The position numbers and the translations under genes are program-made. Below are positions 19,896 through 28,924 of a stretch of 48,315 nt of DNA, in pieces (position 1 is the first letter of the stretch; the number at the start of each line of letters is the position of its first letter). The notes beneath the pieces are model-generated. The model did no database searches. It was not told where the DNA came from and worked only from the letters and a program-made list of their open reading frames with translations. The stretch covers positions 1 through 48,315 of the forward strand of contig CAZBBK010000042.1 in the NCBI GenBank assembly GCA_964490075.1, read 5' to 3'. This DNA is from an uncultured Gemmatimonadota bacterium. Its GTDB lineage: Bacteria; GCA-2686955.

Positions 19896-21125
19896 TCAGA
19901 ACTCGTGAATCAACAACCCGGATCGAAGCTTGGGCTCGAACCAGGTCGACTTCGGCGGCAGCACGCGCCCGGCGTCGGCCACCGCCATCAACTGCTCCAC
20001 CCCCAGCGGATGGAGCGCGAACGCAACTCCCGCTCCGCGGGCATCGACCCGCCGCTCGAGCTCGCTCGTCCCTCGAATCCCGCCGACGAAGTCGACCCGC
20101 GACGAGGTTCGGGGATCGTCGATTCCGAGCAGCGGGCCCAGCACCCTCGACTGCAAGATCGCCGCGTCCAGCGAAGCGACCGGATCGCTTTGCGCCAGCA
20201 GCGCCCGCGGGGCGCGCAATCCGTACCAACGACCCTCCAGGTACATCGAGAAACAGCCGCGGCGCGGAGGAGTGGGAGCGGCATCGGCCGTGAGCTCGAA
20301 GGACTCCTGCAGACGCTCCAGCAGCTCCGCGGGTCCAAGGCCGGGCAGATCGTGCACGACGCGGTTGTAGGCGAGGATCTGAAGCTGGTCGGCGGGGAAG
20401 AGCACGGCCAGGAATCGGTTGTATGCCTCGTCGCCGCGATGCTCGGCGTTGGCGGCTCGGCGGTCGCTCCTCGCCTGGCTCGCCGAGGCCGATCGATGAT
20501 GGCCGTCGGCCACGTAGAAGCAAGGGACCGACTCGAAAGCGCGCTCCAGGGGTCGGTGATTAGCGATCCGCCAGACGGTGTGGCCGACCCCGTCGGGGGC
20601 GAGGAAGTCGTAGATCGGTTGCGTGGACGCCTGGAGGTCTGCGATCAGCCGGTCGATGGAATCGATGCCGCGATAGGTCAGAAAGACCGGTCCGGCGTGG
20701 GCGCGCAGCGAGAGCAGGTGCTGGGTGCGATCGGCCTCCTTGTCGGAGCGGGTCTTCTCGTGCTTCTTGATGAGGTCGGAGTCGTAATCATCGACGGAAC
20801 AGCAGCCCACGACCCCGATCTGAGTGTGCTCTCCCATGGTCTGGCGGTAGAGATAGAGGGCTCGCTCGCGGTCTCGAAGCAGGGCGTCGGAGTCGATCAA
20901 GCGATCGAGGGCGATGCGCGCCTGGCGATGGACCGAGGCATCGTGAGCGTCGACCTCGTCCGCCAGATCGATGTCGGGGCGCACCACGTGGAGGAAGCTC
21001 GACTCGTTGCCGGCGGCCAGGGCGCGCGCCTCCTCCCTGTCGACCACGTCGTAGGGAACGCTTGCGACCCGAGCCGCGAGCTCCGGGCGGGGGCGAAGGG
21101 CGGGGAAGGATCGGAGAGTGGCCAT
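19896..21125 (-). CDS. DUF1015 family protein
   Basis: VPYDV, IKKHEKT, YVADGHHR, LPPKSTWFEPKLRSGL. Confidence 0.92.
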   Translation of the reverse strand: MATLRSFPALRPRPELAARVASVPYDVVDREEARALAAGNESSFLHVVRPDIDLADEVDAHDASVHRQARIALDRLIDSDALLRDRERALYLYRQTMGEHTQIGVVGCCSVDDYDSDLIKKHEKTRSDKEADRTQHLLSLRAHAGPVFLTYRGIDSIDRLIADLQASTQPIYDFLAPDGVGHTVWRIANHRPLERAFESVPCFYVADGHHRSASASQARSDRRAANAEHRGDEAYNRFLAVLFPADQLQILAYNRVVHDLPGLGPAELLERLQESFELTADAAPTPPRRGCFSMYLEGRWYGLRAPRALLAQSDPVASLDAAILQSRVLGPLLGIDDPRTSSRVDFVGGIRGTSELERRVDARGAGVAFALHPLGVEQLMAVADAGRVLPPKSTWFEPKLRSGLLIHEF

Positions 21126-21296
21126 GGAGGGCTCCGGGCGCCCGCGAGCCGAGCTGGCAGCGCCGCGCCGAATGAGATGCTCCCGGCGGCATTGTAGTTC
21201 CGAAACAGGGAAAGCCCCCAACGCGACCGGCGACTGGCCGAATCGCGATGAGGGCTTCGGATGGGCGCGAAACGCGTCCCTCGGCTTCCGCCGCCG

Positions 21297-22112
21297 CTAC
21301 TCCTCGTCGATGACGTGGTAGGGCATGCCCCAGGCGGCGGCGGAGTAGGACGCGAGCTCGTCGGTGACGGCCGCTTCGTCGAATATGTCGACGTAGGTGA
21401 AGTAGAGGCCCGGCTCGCTTGGCGCGGAGTAGGTGTTGCTCACCTCGGTGGCGGTGACCGGCTCGAGGAGCTTCTGCGTGAGAGGAGCAACCTCGGCGCT
21501 GAGCTGGTGGATCACTCCGATCACGTCGGCGTCGTTGATCAGGACGGTGACCGTGACCTCCTGATCAGGGGCAAAGCTGAGGATCTCGGTGTCGTGCAGC
21601 TCGGCGGGATCGTCGAAGACGACGCTGTTCTCACCCCAGGCCACGGTGACCCGCTCGATCTGGGTCTCGCCATCGGCCGAAGAGCCCTGGTAGACGGTGA
21701 CCTGATCGAGATTCCAGCGGCCGCCGAGGGTCTCCAGGGCGATTACCGAGCGCGAGGCCTCGTCGCTCAAAATCGGCTTCGTGAAGCTGGTGCCGTCCTG
21801 GCGGAGCACCTCGAACTCCCCCGACGCGACGCGCTGGATGTCGGCCTCGGCGGTCTGCCCTTGGCGGCGCACCGCATAGTCGGCCGAGACCTCGTCGTAA
21901 GAGCGACCGAAGGCCGCGATTCCCGCCGAGGGATAGGCCAAATCGGGGCTCTGCGCCGCGTTCCAGCTCAGGGCGATTCCCGAGCCGCCGTCATCGTTGA
22001 TGGCGTCGCGGACGAGATCGTCGAGTGAATCGCCCAGAATGCCCTGGCCACATCCCGCGAAGAGCAGCGCGGTGGTCGATGAGATGCTCAGGATGGTGAT
22101 CGTGTGCTTCAT
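21297..22112 (-). CDS. Hypothetical lipoprotein
   Basis: Lipobox LFAG-C, AGGA RBS, acidic beta-rich sequence. Confidence 0.8.
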   Translation of the reverse strand: MKHTITILSISSTTALLFAGCGQGILGDSLDDLVRDAINDDGGSGIALSWNAAQSPDLAYPSAGIAAFGRSYDEVSADYAVRRQGQTAEADIQRVASGEFEVLRQDGTSFTKPILSDEASRSVIALETLGGRWNLDQVTVYQGSSADGETQIERVTVAWGENSVVFDDPAELHDTEILSFAPDQEVTVTVLINDADVIGVIHQLSAEVAPLTQKLLEPVTATEVSNTYSAPSEPGLYFTYVDIFDEAAVTDELASYSAAAWGMPYHVIDEE

Positions 22113-22239
22113 GATTTCCTGCCTCGCTTGCGCCGCGCGCTTCGCTGGTTCGACGTGTCCGGGCGCGGCGGCAATGGTTGAGGATCCGCGAGACGCGGTT
22201 GCGATGTCTGCGGATCGGCCCGGCCAATCCCTCGTGTCT

Positions 22240-22255
22240 TGCACGGATCGTGCCG
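22240..22255 (-). promoter_or_regulatory. sigma54-type promoter for lipoprotein 21297-22112
   Basis: Minus strand CGGCAC-GATCC-GTGCA, 14/16 identical to the site at 8002-8017. Confidence 0.55.
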
Positions 22256-22317
22256 CCGCGAACCCGCGTCCGAATCCCTTCGGTTTCAACGGATTCACCA
22301 GCAACCGGCGAGGCGCC

Positions 22318-22342
22318 TGCCCCCCGGCGGGGACAGGGCTGT
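22318..22342. promoter_or_regulatory. Candidate enhancer-binding-protein site
   Basis: TGCCCC-N6-GGGACA followed by gggCTGT; parallels 8105-8129. Confidence 0.4.
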
Positions 22343-22389
22343 AGCGATTCAGCCGCGCCCCCGGGGGTCAAGCTCTGCTCGACATTCCC

Positions 22390-25300
22390 CTACAAGGCGT
22401 CCACGACGGCGCCCTTTTCGCCCTTCTGGACCAGTCCTCGCGCTGCCTCGTAGAGATCGAGGGTCCGCTCGCGGAAGGTCTGCTCGGGGATCTTCCCGCC
22501 CTCGTACTCCTTGAGCAGCTTGGCCTGCGCCAGTCGGTCGAGATTGGAGATGCCGGCCTTGCTCTGGAGCATCCGCCAGCTCTTGCGCCGCTCGACGCAG
22601 AAGAGCACCATCTGCCGGCTGATGCCGATCGGCCGCAGCGAGCCATCACCATGCTGCACCAGGGTCCAGGAGCCTTCGGGCGGCACGAAGGCGCGGTGCT
22701 CGGGATCCAGGTAGCGCCGGTGCACCACATCATCCTGCGTGACCCGAACCAGCATTGTGTCGAGATCGGCGCGCTGCTCCTGCTGCTCGGGGCTGATCTT
22801 GTGGAAGTGGCGACGGAAGCGCGCCTCGGTGTGTGCCCAGTGGGCGACCGTGTAGCGGTAGCGCTCCTTGCTGGGCTTGATCGTGATCGTGTGCCAGTCG
22901 TTCTTGACCGATGGGTTGCCCTTGACGCCCAGGCAGTCCTGGTAGCTCTCGCCCTTCTGGGAATCGAACACGAACTCGGGCACGCCGCGGCTGTCGCGCG
23001 CCCGCTGGGCCTGCTGCGACGCGACGTCGTCGCCGACTCCGTGCTCCGGCTGGCAGGTGGTGTAGGTCTGCAGGAAGGCAGTTCCCCGGTAGCAGAGGCC
23101 GTCGATGATGGCTTGAAAGAGCGCCGCCGCATTGGCGATCGAGATCTGGGCCACGAAGGGGCTGCCGTGCCCTGAGATCATCGCCTCGGCGACACTCTTC
23201 TTCTCGGTCAGCTTGCCTTCGGTGGCGGCGCCGAGCTGATTCATGTCGAAGCCACCGGGCATCGGGGAGCTGTCGGAGTTCTGTCCACCGGTGTTCGAGT
23301 AGACCTGCGTATCAAGCAACAGGATATGCAGATTCGGCCGATTCTGGAGAACCGACTTCGAGAGGTTCTGGAAACCGATGTCGCCGAATCCACCGTCGCC
23401 GCCGACCGCCCAGACTTTGGGAAGCTCCAGGATCTCGGAATCGGTCATCAGCGTGTCGGTGAAGTGGGTCAGATCCCAGTAGCCCTGCTTGTCCAGTCCG
23501 GTGCCGCTCAGAAGCGCGCCCGCGAGTCGCTCCGGCACGACCGAGCGCCGCGCGTGGTTGGTGACGAAGCCCTCGGCCAGCAGCCAACCGATGGTGGTGC
23601 CGTCCTGGAACAGCGAATTGACCCATGGATAGGGGTGCGGGTTGTTGGGATGGGTCGAACCGTAGACGGTGTTGCATCCGGTGCTCGCCGACATGCCCAT
23701 CACCGACATGCCGTTCCACTGGCCGCCGTCGACGGCCTGCAGCTCGCGGTGGTTGAAGGCATCCTGGCGCAGCACCTGGACCAGGGTTTCGACCAGGACT
23801 GCGTCGCTGCCATCGAAGCCCTCTTGGATCAGGTGATTGGTGTCTTCGTCGTCCTCGCCTCCGAAGCCCAGAATCAAGTGGAGCAGCCCCTGGCGCAGCA
23901 GTGTGTAGCCCTCCGCGCTCTTCGACTGGAGCTCGGCGAGCTTCGCGGTTCCATGCTCCGCCAACTGGTCCGCGATGCCTCCCAGTCGCTCTGCCTTGCG
24001 ATGGAACACCGGGCGCATCAGCGCTTCGGTGATTGTGGAGGCCGCTCGAAGCACCGACTTCTCGCCGCATCCGGCGCAGGCTCCGTCTCCCGACACCAGG
24101 GCGCGGTAGTTGCTCTGCACCATGAGGTGGAAGTGCAGCGCCGCGGCCTTGGACTCCTCGGCGTGCTCGGCGTCGAACTGCCCAAGGAACTGGCGCGGTG
24201 TATTGGGCAACAGATCCAGAAAGTCCATCGCCGTCTCGTGCTCGGCGTAGAGATCTTCGGTCTCCTCCACCATCACCAACGCTTCGTGATCCCCACACTC
24301 GTAGACGCACTCGCCGCAGCCTTTGCAGTGGTCGCTGACGAAGATGGAGAACACGCCGCCGCTACCGGGCTCCTTCTTCTCTCGGCTGCCGAAGATCATC
24401 TTCACGTCGCGGTAGGCGACCGGGATTTTCGGCACGATCGCGCGCAGCTCGGCGAGCGCCTGGGTCTTGGCCTCGGTGCTGTGGTCAGAGCCGGCACCCA
24501 TGTGGCGCTCGATCTGCGCCAGCAACAGATCTGCGAATGGAACCTTTGTTGCTTCCTTGGTGGCGTCCAACATCGCCGCGCGCAAAGGTGCTTCCAGGTC
24601 GTTCAGGTCGGCCAGCAGGCGGTCCTTGGTCGGGGCGTCGGAAAGGTAGCTGCCGATCAAGGTCCGCAGAATCGTCCCGAGCTCCTGTGCGGTGTTCGGC
24701 AGCGCGGTATCGGGACAGGCCGTGATGCATTTCATGCACTGCGTACAGTTTTCCGGGATGAAGCGCGGGATCAGCCTCCTGGCGACGTACTTACCGGCGG
24801 TTTCGCCGGTCGCAGAGGCCAGGGCGCCGGTCGCGGCGCGCGGTGAGCTGGGAGTGTCGTAGCCGAGCCCCGAGCGGAACTCACCGTCGTAGTGGGCGCG
24901 CGAGAAGAGAGGCGAGCGCACGGCGCAACCCAGCACGTCGCTGGCGACGCCGCGCGCGGCAACCGGCATCAGGTCGGCCAGGCCCGAGGAGGCGCTTGCG
25001 CTCTCTTGCTCGCTCTTGCCGTTGACGCGCGGGGCCGTGATGTCGCCCTTCATGGAAGAGCGATCGGCGGCGGCGAGGTCGCCGTGGGCCACCTCGCGGA
25101 TCTGATCGAAGCCTTCGCGCATGACGGTCATGTTGGAATCGACCACCGCTTCCCCGAAGCGCCCGAACTTGTGCACGTACTGCGCTCGAACCGTATCCAG
25201 GAACTCCTCGCTCGGGATCTTGTAGTCGCGCAAGAAGCTGGACACCGCGAAGAATGCCCCGAGGAAGGAATTGCCCTGCATTCGGTACTGCAGGTCCGGA

Positions 25301-27177
25301 CGGTCGGTGGCGTTGCGGGCGATCGCGAAACCATCGAGAACGTAGAGGCGGATCTTCTTGTCGATGATCTCCTGGCGGTAGTGAGCCGGGATCCGTGACC
25401 AGACCCCCTCGTCGCTGGTCTCGTTCGACTCCCAGACGAACGCGCCGCCTTGGTTCAAACCGCTCAGGGGGTTGGTGTGCAAGAAGGCCTTGGGATCGCA
25501 GCAGAGGACTACGTCGACGTGGTGCAGGTCGCAGTTGACGCGCACCCGCTCCCCGGCGGCAACCAGGAAGTAGTTGGTCGGGGCGCCCTTCTTCTCGGAG
25601 CCGTACTTCGGGTTGGCGCTGATCTGGATGACGCTTTCGCCTCCCGCGACCTGGTCCCGCTCACCGACGTAGGCACCCAGAGCCCCCAGAATCTCGCCCA
25701 TGTTCTTGCCGGTGGTGATCATGCCCCAGCCGCCGATCGAGTGGAAACGCACTGCGATCGCGCCCTTGGGCAGCAGACTGGGGGTTTCCTTCGACCTGAC
25801 GGCGTAGGGGTGCGGGATTCCGACATAGAAGAAGCTCGCGCCCTCGTCCACGGTGACGCCGTCCTCGCGGGCAGCGCGTCCGGTCGCGAACTCGTAGGCG
25901 CCCAGGATTCCCTCGGGCCGAAAATCGCGCGACCCGAGACCGTAGGTGCCCGCGAGGATGCGCGGGATCTCGTCCTGGGTCAGCGCGGGCAGACCGGCAT
26001 GGGCCGGGCCGGTCGAGTTCTCGAGCGCCTTGCCGAAGGCGGTGCGCAGGTCGCGCACGATCGGATTGGCACCGGCGGTCTGGTCGTCGATGCGCTCCAG
26101 CACGATGACCCGCTTCTTGCCGCGTAGCGCTTCCAGGAGCGCCTTCTCGGGGAAGGGACGCACCACGTTGAGGTGAATGCCGCCCACCTCTTCCCCGCGC
26201 GTATTGCGGATGTGGTCGATCGCTGCCTCGATGTTCTCGGCTGCGGAGCCCATCGAGATGAAGATGGTGTCGGCGTTCTCGCAGTTGGTCTTGCTGATCA
26301 GCCCGTAGTCACGTCCGGTGAGCTCGGCGAACTGGGCGTAGGCCTGCTCCAGGAAGCCGAGGATCGGCTCGACGAAGTGGTTGCGGCGTGCGCACACGCC
26401 CTGCATGTAGTGCTCCTGGTTCTGGACCGGCCCCAGGAGGGTGGGGTGGCGCAGATCGATCCCGGCCGGCACGCGGCGGCGGGTCGGACCGAAGATCTCG
26501 CGCTGAGCGGGCGTCGGGCAGTCGATGATGTCGTCGGCGCGCCCCAGGAACTCGCGGATCAAGCCGGCCTCGGGGCGCAGGAAGGTGCGTTCGAGGTGCG
26601 AGGTGAGAAAGCCGTCCTGGCCGTTCATTCCGGGAGTGAGCGCCTGCTCGGTGACTCGGCGCAGAATCAAGGCCTGGTCCGACGCCTGTTGGGCATCCTT
26701 GGCGAAGGTGACGATCCAGCCGGTGTCGAGCGCCATGTAGATGTCGTCGTGGGCGCAGTGGACGTTGAGCGCGTGCTTGGTCAGCGCCCGGGCGGAGACC
26801 TCGACGACCATGGTCGAGAGCTTGCCGGGGGCGTGGTAGTACTGCTCGATGCCGTAGGCCACTCCCTGTCCGGAGGTGAAGTTGACGACGCGCTTGCCGG
26901 TGAGGGAGTAGGCGATGGCGCCGCCCTGGGCGGCGTGCTCGCCCTCGGTCTCGATGGCCAGCTTCGCTTCACCGAAAACGTTCAGCTCGCCCTGCGCGAA
27001 AGAGAGCTGGAAGTTCTCGCCCATCTCGGTCGATGGGGTGATGGGATAGAAGATCCCCGCGTCGGCCAGCCGCGCCTCGGTGTCGTAGGCGACCAGTTGG
27101 TTTCCGTTGGTGGTGACCGGGATCCCCGGGTACTTGGCAGTCTTGGCCTTATCCGCCACACTGGCTGGAGTCGACAT
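22390..27177 (-). CDS. nifJ: Pyruvate:ferredoxin/flavodoxin oxidoreductase, long single-chain form (1595 aa)
   Basis: YPITPS, EGEHAA, YGSEKKG, CTQCMKCITACP and CKGCGECVYEC, GACAGCGE, GGDGGFGDIG, YSNTGGQ. Confidence 0.93.
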   Translation of the reverse strand: MSTPASVADKAKTAKYPGIPVTTNGNQLVAYDTEARLADAGIFYPITPSTEMGENFQLSFAQGELNVFGEAKLAIETEGEHAAQGGAIAYSLTGKRVVNFTSGQGVAYGIEQYYHAPGKLSTMVVEVSARALTKHALNVHCAHDDIYMALDTGWIVTFAKDAQQASDQALILRRVTEQALTPGMNGQDGFLTSHLERTFLRPEAGLIREFLGRADDIIDCPTPAQREIFGPTRRRVPAGIDLRHPTLLGPVQNQEHYMQGVCARRNHFVEPILGFLEQAYAQFAELTGRDYGLISKTNCENADTIFISMGSAAENIEAAIDHIRNTRGEEVGGIHLNVVRPFPEKALLEALRGKKRVIVLERIDDQTAGANPIVRDLRTAFGKALENSTGPAHAGLPALTQDEIPRILAGTYGLGSRDFRPEGILGAYEFATGRAAREDGVTVDEGASFFYVGIPHPYAVRSKETPSLLPKGAIAVRFHSIGGWGMITTGKNMGEILGALGAYVGERDQVAGGESVIQISANPKYGSEKKGAPTNYFLVAAGERVRVNCDLHHVDVVLCCDPKAFLHTNPLSGLNQGGAFVWESNETSDEGVWSRIPAHYRQEIIDKKIRLYVLDGFAIARNATDRPDLQYRMQGNSFLGAFFAVSSFLRDYKIPSEEFLDTVRAQYVHKFGRFGEAVVDSNMTVMREGFDQIREVAHGDLAAADRSSMKGDITAPRVNGKSEQESASASSGLADLMPVAARGVASDVLGCAVRSPLFSRAHYDGEFRSGLGYDTPSSPRAATGALASATGETAGKYVARRLIPRFIPENCTQCMKCITACPDTALPNTAQELGTILRTLIGSYLSDAPTKDRLLADLNDLEAPLRAAMLDATKEATKVPFADLLLAQIERHMGAGSDHSTEAKTQALAELRAIVPKIPVAYRDVKMIFGSREKKEPGSGGVFSIFVSDHCKGCGECVYECGDHEALVMVEETEDLYAEHETAMDFLDLLPNTPRQFLGQFDAEHAEESKAAALHFHLMVQSNYRALVSGDGACAGCGEKSVLRAASTITEALMRPVFHRKAERLGGIADQLAEHGTAKLAELQSKSAEGYTLLRQGLLHLILGFGGEDDEDTNHLIQEGFDGSDAVLVETLVQVLRQDAFNHRELQAVDGGQWNGMSVMGMSASTGCNTVYGSTHPNNPHPYPWVNSLFQDGTTIGWLLAEGFVTNHARRSVVPERLAGALLSGTGLDKQGYWDLTHFTDTLMTDSEILELPKVWAVGGDGGFGDIGFQNLSKSVLQNRPNLHILLLDTQVYSNTGGQNSDSSPMPGGFDMNQLGAATEGKLTEKKSVAEAMISGHGSPFVAQISIANAAALFQAIIDGLCYRGTAFLQTYTTCQPEHGVGDDVASQQAQRARDSRGVPEFVFDSQKGESYQDCLGVKGNPSVKNDWHTITIKPSKERYRYTVAHWAHTEARFRRHFHKISPEQQEQRADLDTMLVRVTQDDVVHRRYLDPEHRAFVPPEGSWTLVQHGDGSLRPIGISRQMVLFCVERRKSWRMLQSKAGISNLDRLAQAKLLKEYEGGKIPEQTFRERTLDLYEAARGLVQKGEKGAVVDAL

Positions 27178-27310
27178 TGATCTCGTCCTTCGGTTTCTTC
27201 TTCTGACTTCGGGTTGGGTCGGCGGGCCCGAAATTCGCAGCGGGTCGTCGTCGAGGCAAGCCTTGAACGCTACCACCGCCGACGACCCAGTCCAAGCTAC
27301 CGGCGGCGTT

Positions 27311-28915
27311 ATGGCCTCGATAATCGCTCGTTGTTGCCTGGTCTCGGCCGTGGTGGCGTGCGCGACCCTGGCGGGAGCCCAGGAGCCCGCCGCCGAACGC
27401 GTTCCGGCGCCGTCGAAGGGCTCGAGCCCCGCCGAGTCCACGGCGACCGAGACGGCGTCGATCTCCCTGCTCCGAGAAGCGCTGCTCCCAGCCCCGGCCG
27501 CGGTGGCGGTCGCCGATATCTATGGTGGGACGGAGTTCTTCAAGGACAAGGGCACGGGGTTCTTCCGCCTGGCCCGGGGGGGCGACGGCCGCTGGTGGCT
27601 GGTGACACCGGAGGGCAACGGCTTCTTCTCACACGGTCTCAACGTGATCCGGGCCACCTGGACGGTGGCGCCCGCGTTTCGCGCCCGCTTCGGCGGCGAC
27701 CGCCAGAAATGGGCCGTGTCGGCCGTCGAGCTACTGCGCAATCTGGGCATGAATACGATCGGCCCCGACCACTTCGACCAGCGCTACGTCTGGCTGCGGC
27801 CGCTCAGGACGGTGACGCCTCGGTTGCCCTACGTGATGGTCTTCGCCCCGGTCCCCTTCATTCCCCGGCGCGAGTCCGGTCAGCCGCGCACGGTATTCCC
27901 CGATGTCTTCGATCCGGACTACGAGCGCCGCGCCCGGCGGGGCGCTCAGCTGATCGCGGCCCAGGTGGGGAACGATCCCTATTTGATCGGCTATATGTTT
28001 CACAATGAGCTCAACTGGGGCACATTCGGGATCTTCGCCGGCCTCTGGGCCGATCACGTAGGACTGCCGGCGACGGCGCCGGGGAAGCAGGCCTTCGTGG
28101 AGGTCATGCGCACCCGCTATGCAGGCGGCATCGCCGCGTTCAATGCCCACTATGGTTCAGCGGAAGCGTTGCTGGCCCATGGCCGTTGGCTGCTCCGCGA
28201 CGGCACCGAGGGAGCGATTCCGGCGTCGGTGCGCAAACGCTTGTCGGAGGTCTTCGAGGGCCCCCGTGCGCCCCGCTTCGCCGATTGGACCGATGTCGCT
28301 TCTTTCACCGACGACAAGCTGCTGGAGATGGCGGTGCGGCTGAGCCCCAAGGCGAGGGGAGACATCGAGGCGTTTCTGGAGACGCTTTCCGATCGATACC
28401 ATGGAGTCATGGCGGCGGCGTTGCGCGCCGCGGATGCCAATCACCTGCTGCTGGGCAGCAAATTCGTGGGTGGCAAAACGGTGCCGCTCTGTGACGGTGT
28501 GCTGCGCGGTGCCGCCCCGCACGTGGACGTGATTTGCCAGAACGTCTATCACGATCCCTTCAAGCGCCACGCCCAGCGACAGATCGCGTTCCTCGAACGT
28601 TCCTCCGAGCTGACCGGAAAGCCGATCCTGCTCTCCGAATGGGGAGGGTTTCACGGCCAGGACGTTGCGCCCTGCAAGTGTTATGTTCCTGTGGCGACAC
28701 AAAAGGACCGGGCGGCGGCTTACTCGCACGGCATCCGCCAGCTGGCGGCGCAGCCCTGGCTGCTCGGGGTCTACTACTACAGCTACGTCGATCACGCCGA
28801 TCTGAACTGGGGAATCGTCGACGCTCGACTGGTTCCGTACCCCGAGCTCACCGGCTCGATTCGCTCCGTCTCTGCCGATCTGGCGGCCATCCACGCGGGC
28901 ACGCTGAGCCCCTGA
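27311..28915 (+). CDS. Secreted clan GH-A glycoside hydrolase (beta-agarase/GH50-like)
   Basis: Signal peptide; GFFRL..DGRWWLVTPEG, LGMNTIG, YLIGYMFHNEL (acid/base), NHLLLGSKF, KPILLSEW (nucleophile). Confidence 0.8.
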   Translation: MASIIARCCLVSAVVACATLAGAQEPAAERVPAPSKGSSPAESTATETASISLLREALLPAPAAVAVADIYGGTEFFKDKGTGFFRLARGGDGRWWLVTPEGNGFFSHGLNVIRATWTVAPAFRARFGGDRQKWAVSAVELLRNLGMNTIGPDHFDQRYVWLRPLRTVTPRLPYVMVFAPVPFIPRRESGQPRTVFPDVFDPDYERRARRGAQLIAAQVGNDPYLIGYMFHNELNWGTFGIFAGLWADHVGLPATAPGKQAFVEVMRTRYAGGIAAFNAHYGSAEALLAHGRWLLRDGTEGAIPASVRKRLSEVFEGPRAPRFADWTDVASFTDDKLLEMAVRLSPKARGDIEAFLETLSDRYHGVMAAALRAADANHLLLGSKFVGGKTVPLCDGVLRGAAPHVDVICQNVYHDPFKRHAQRQIAFLERSSELTGKPILLSEWGGFHGQDVAPCKCYVPVATQKDRAAAYSHGIRQLAAQPWLLGVYYYSYVDHADLNWGIVDARLVPYPELTGSIRSVSADLAAIHAGTLSP

Positions 28916-28924
28916 ACGCGGCGA

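Noticed and set aside
21255-21295. Hairpin GGGCGCG-AAA-CGCGTCCC as a terminator
   Set aside because: No U-tract; such hairpins are common at this GC content
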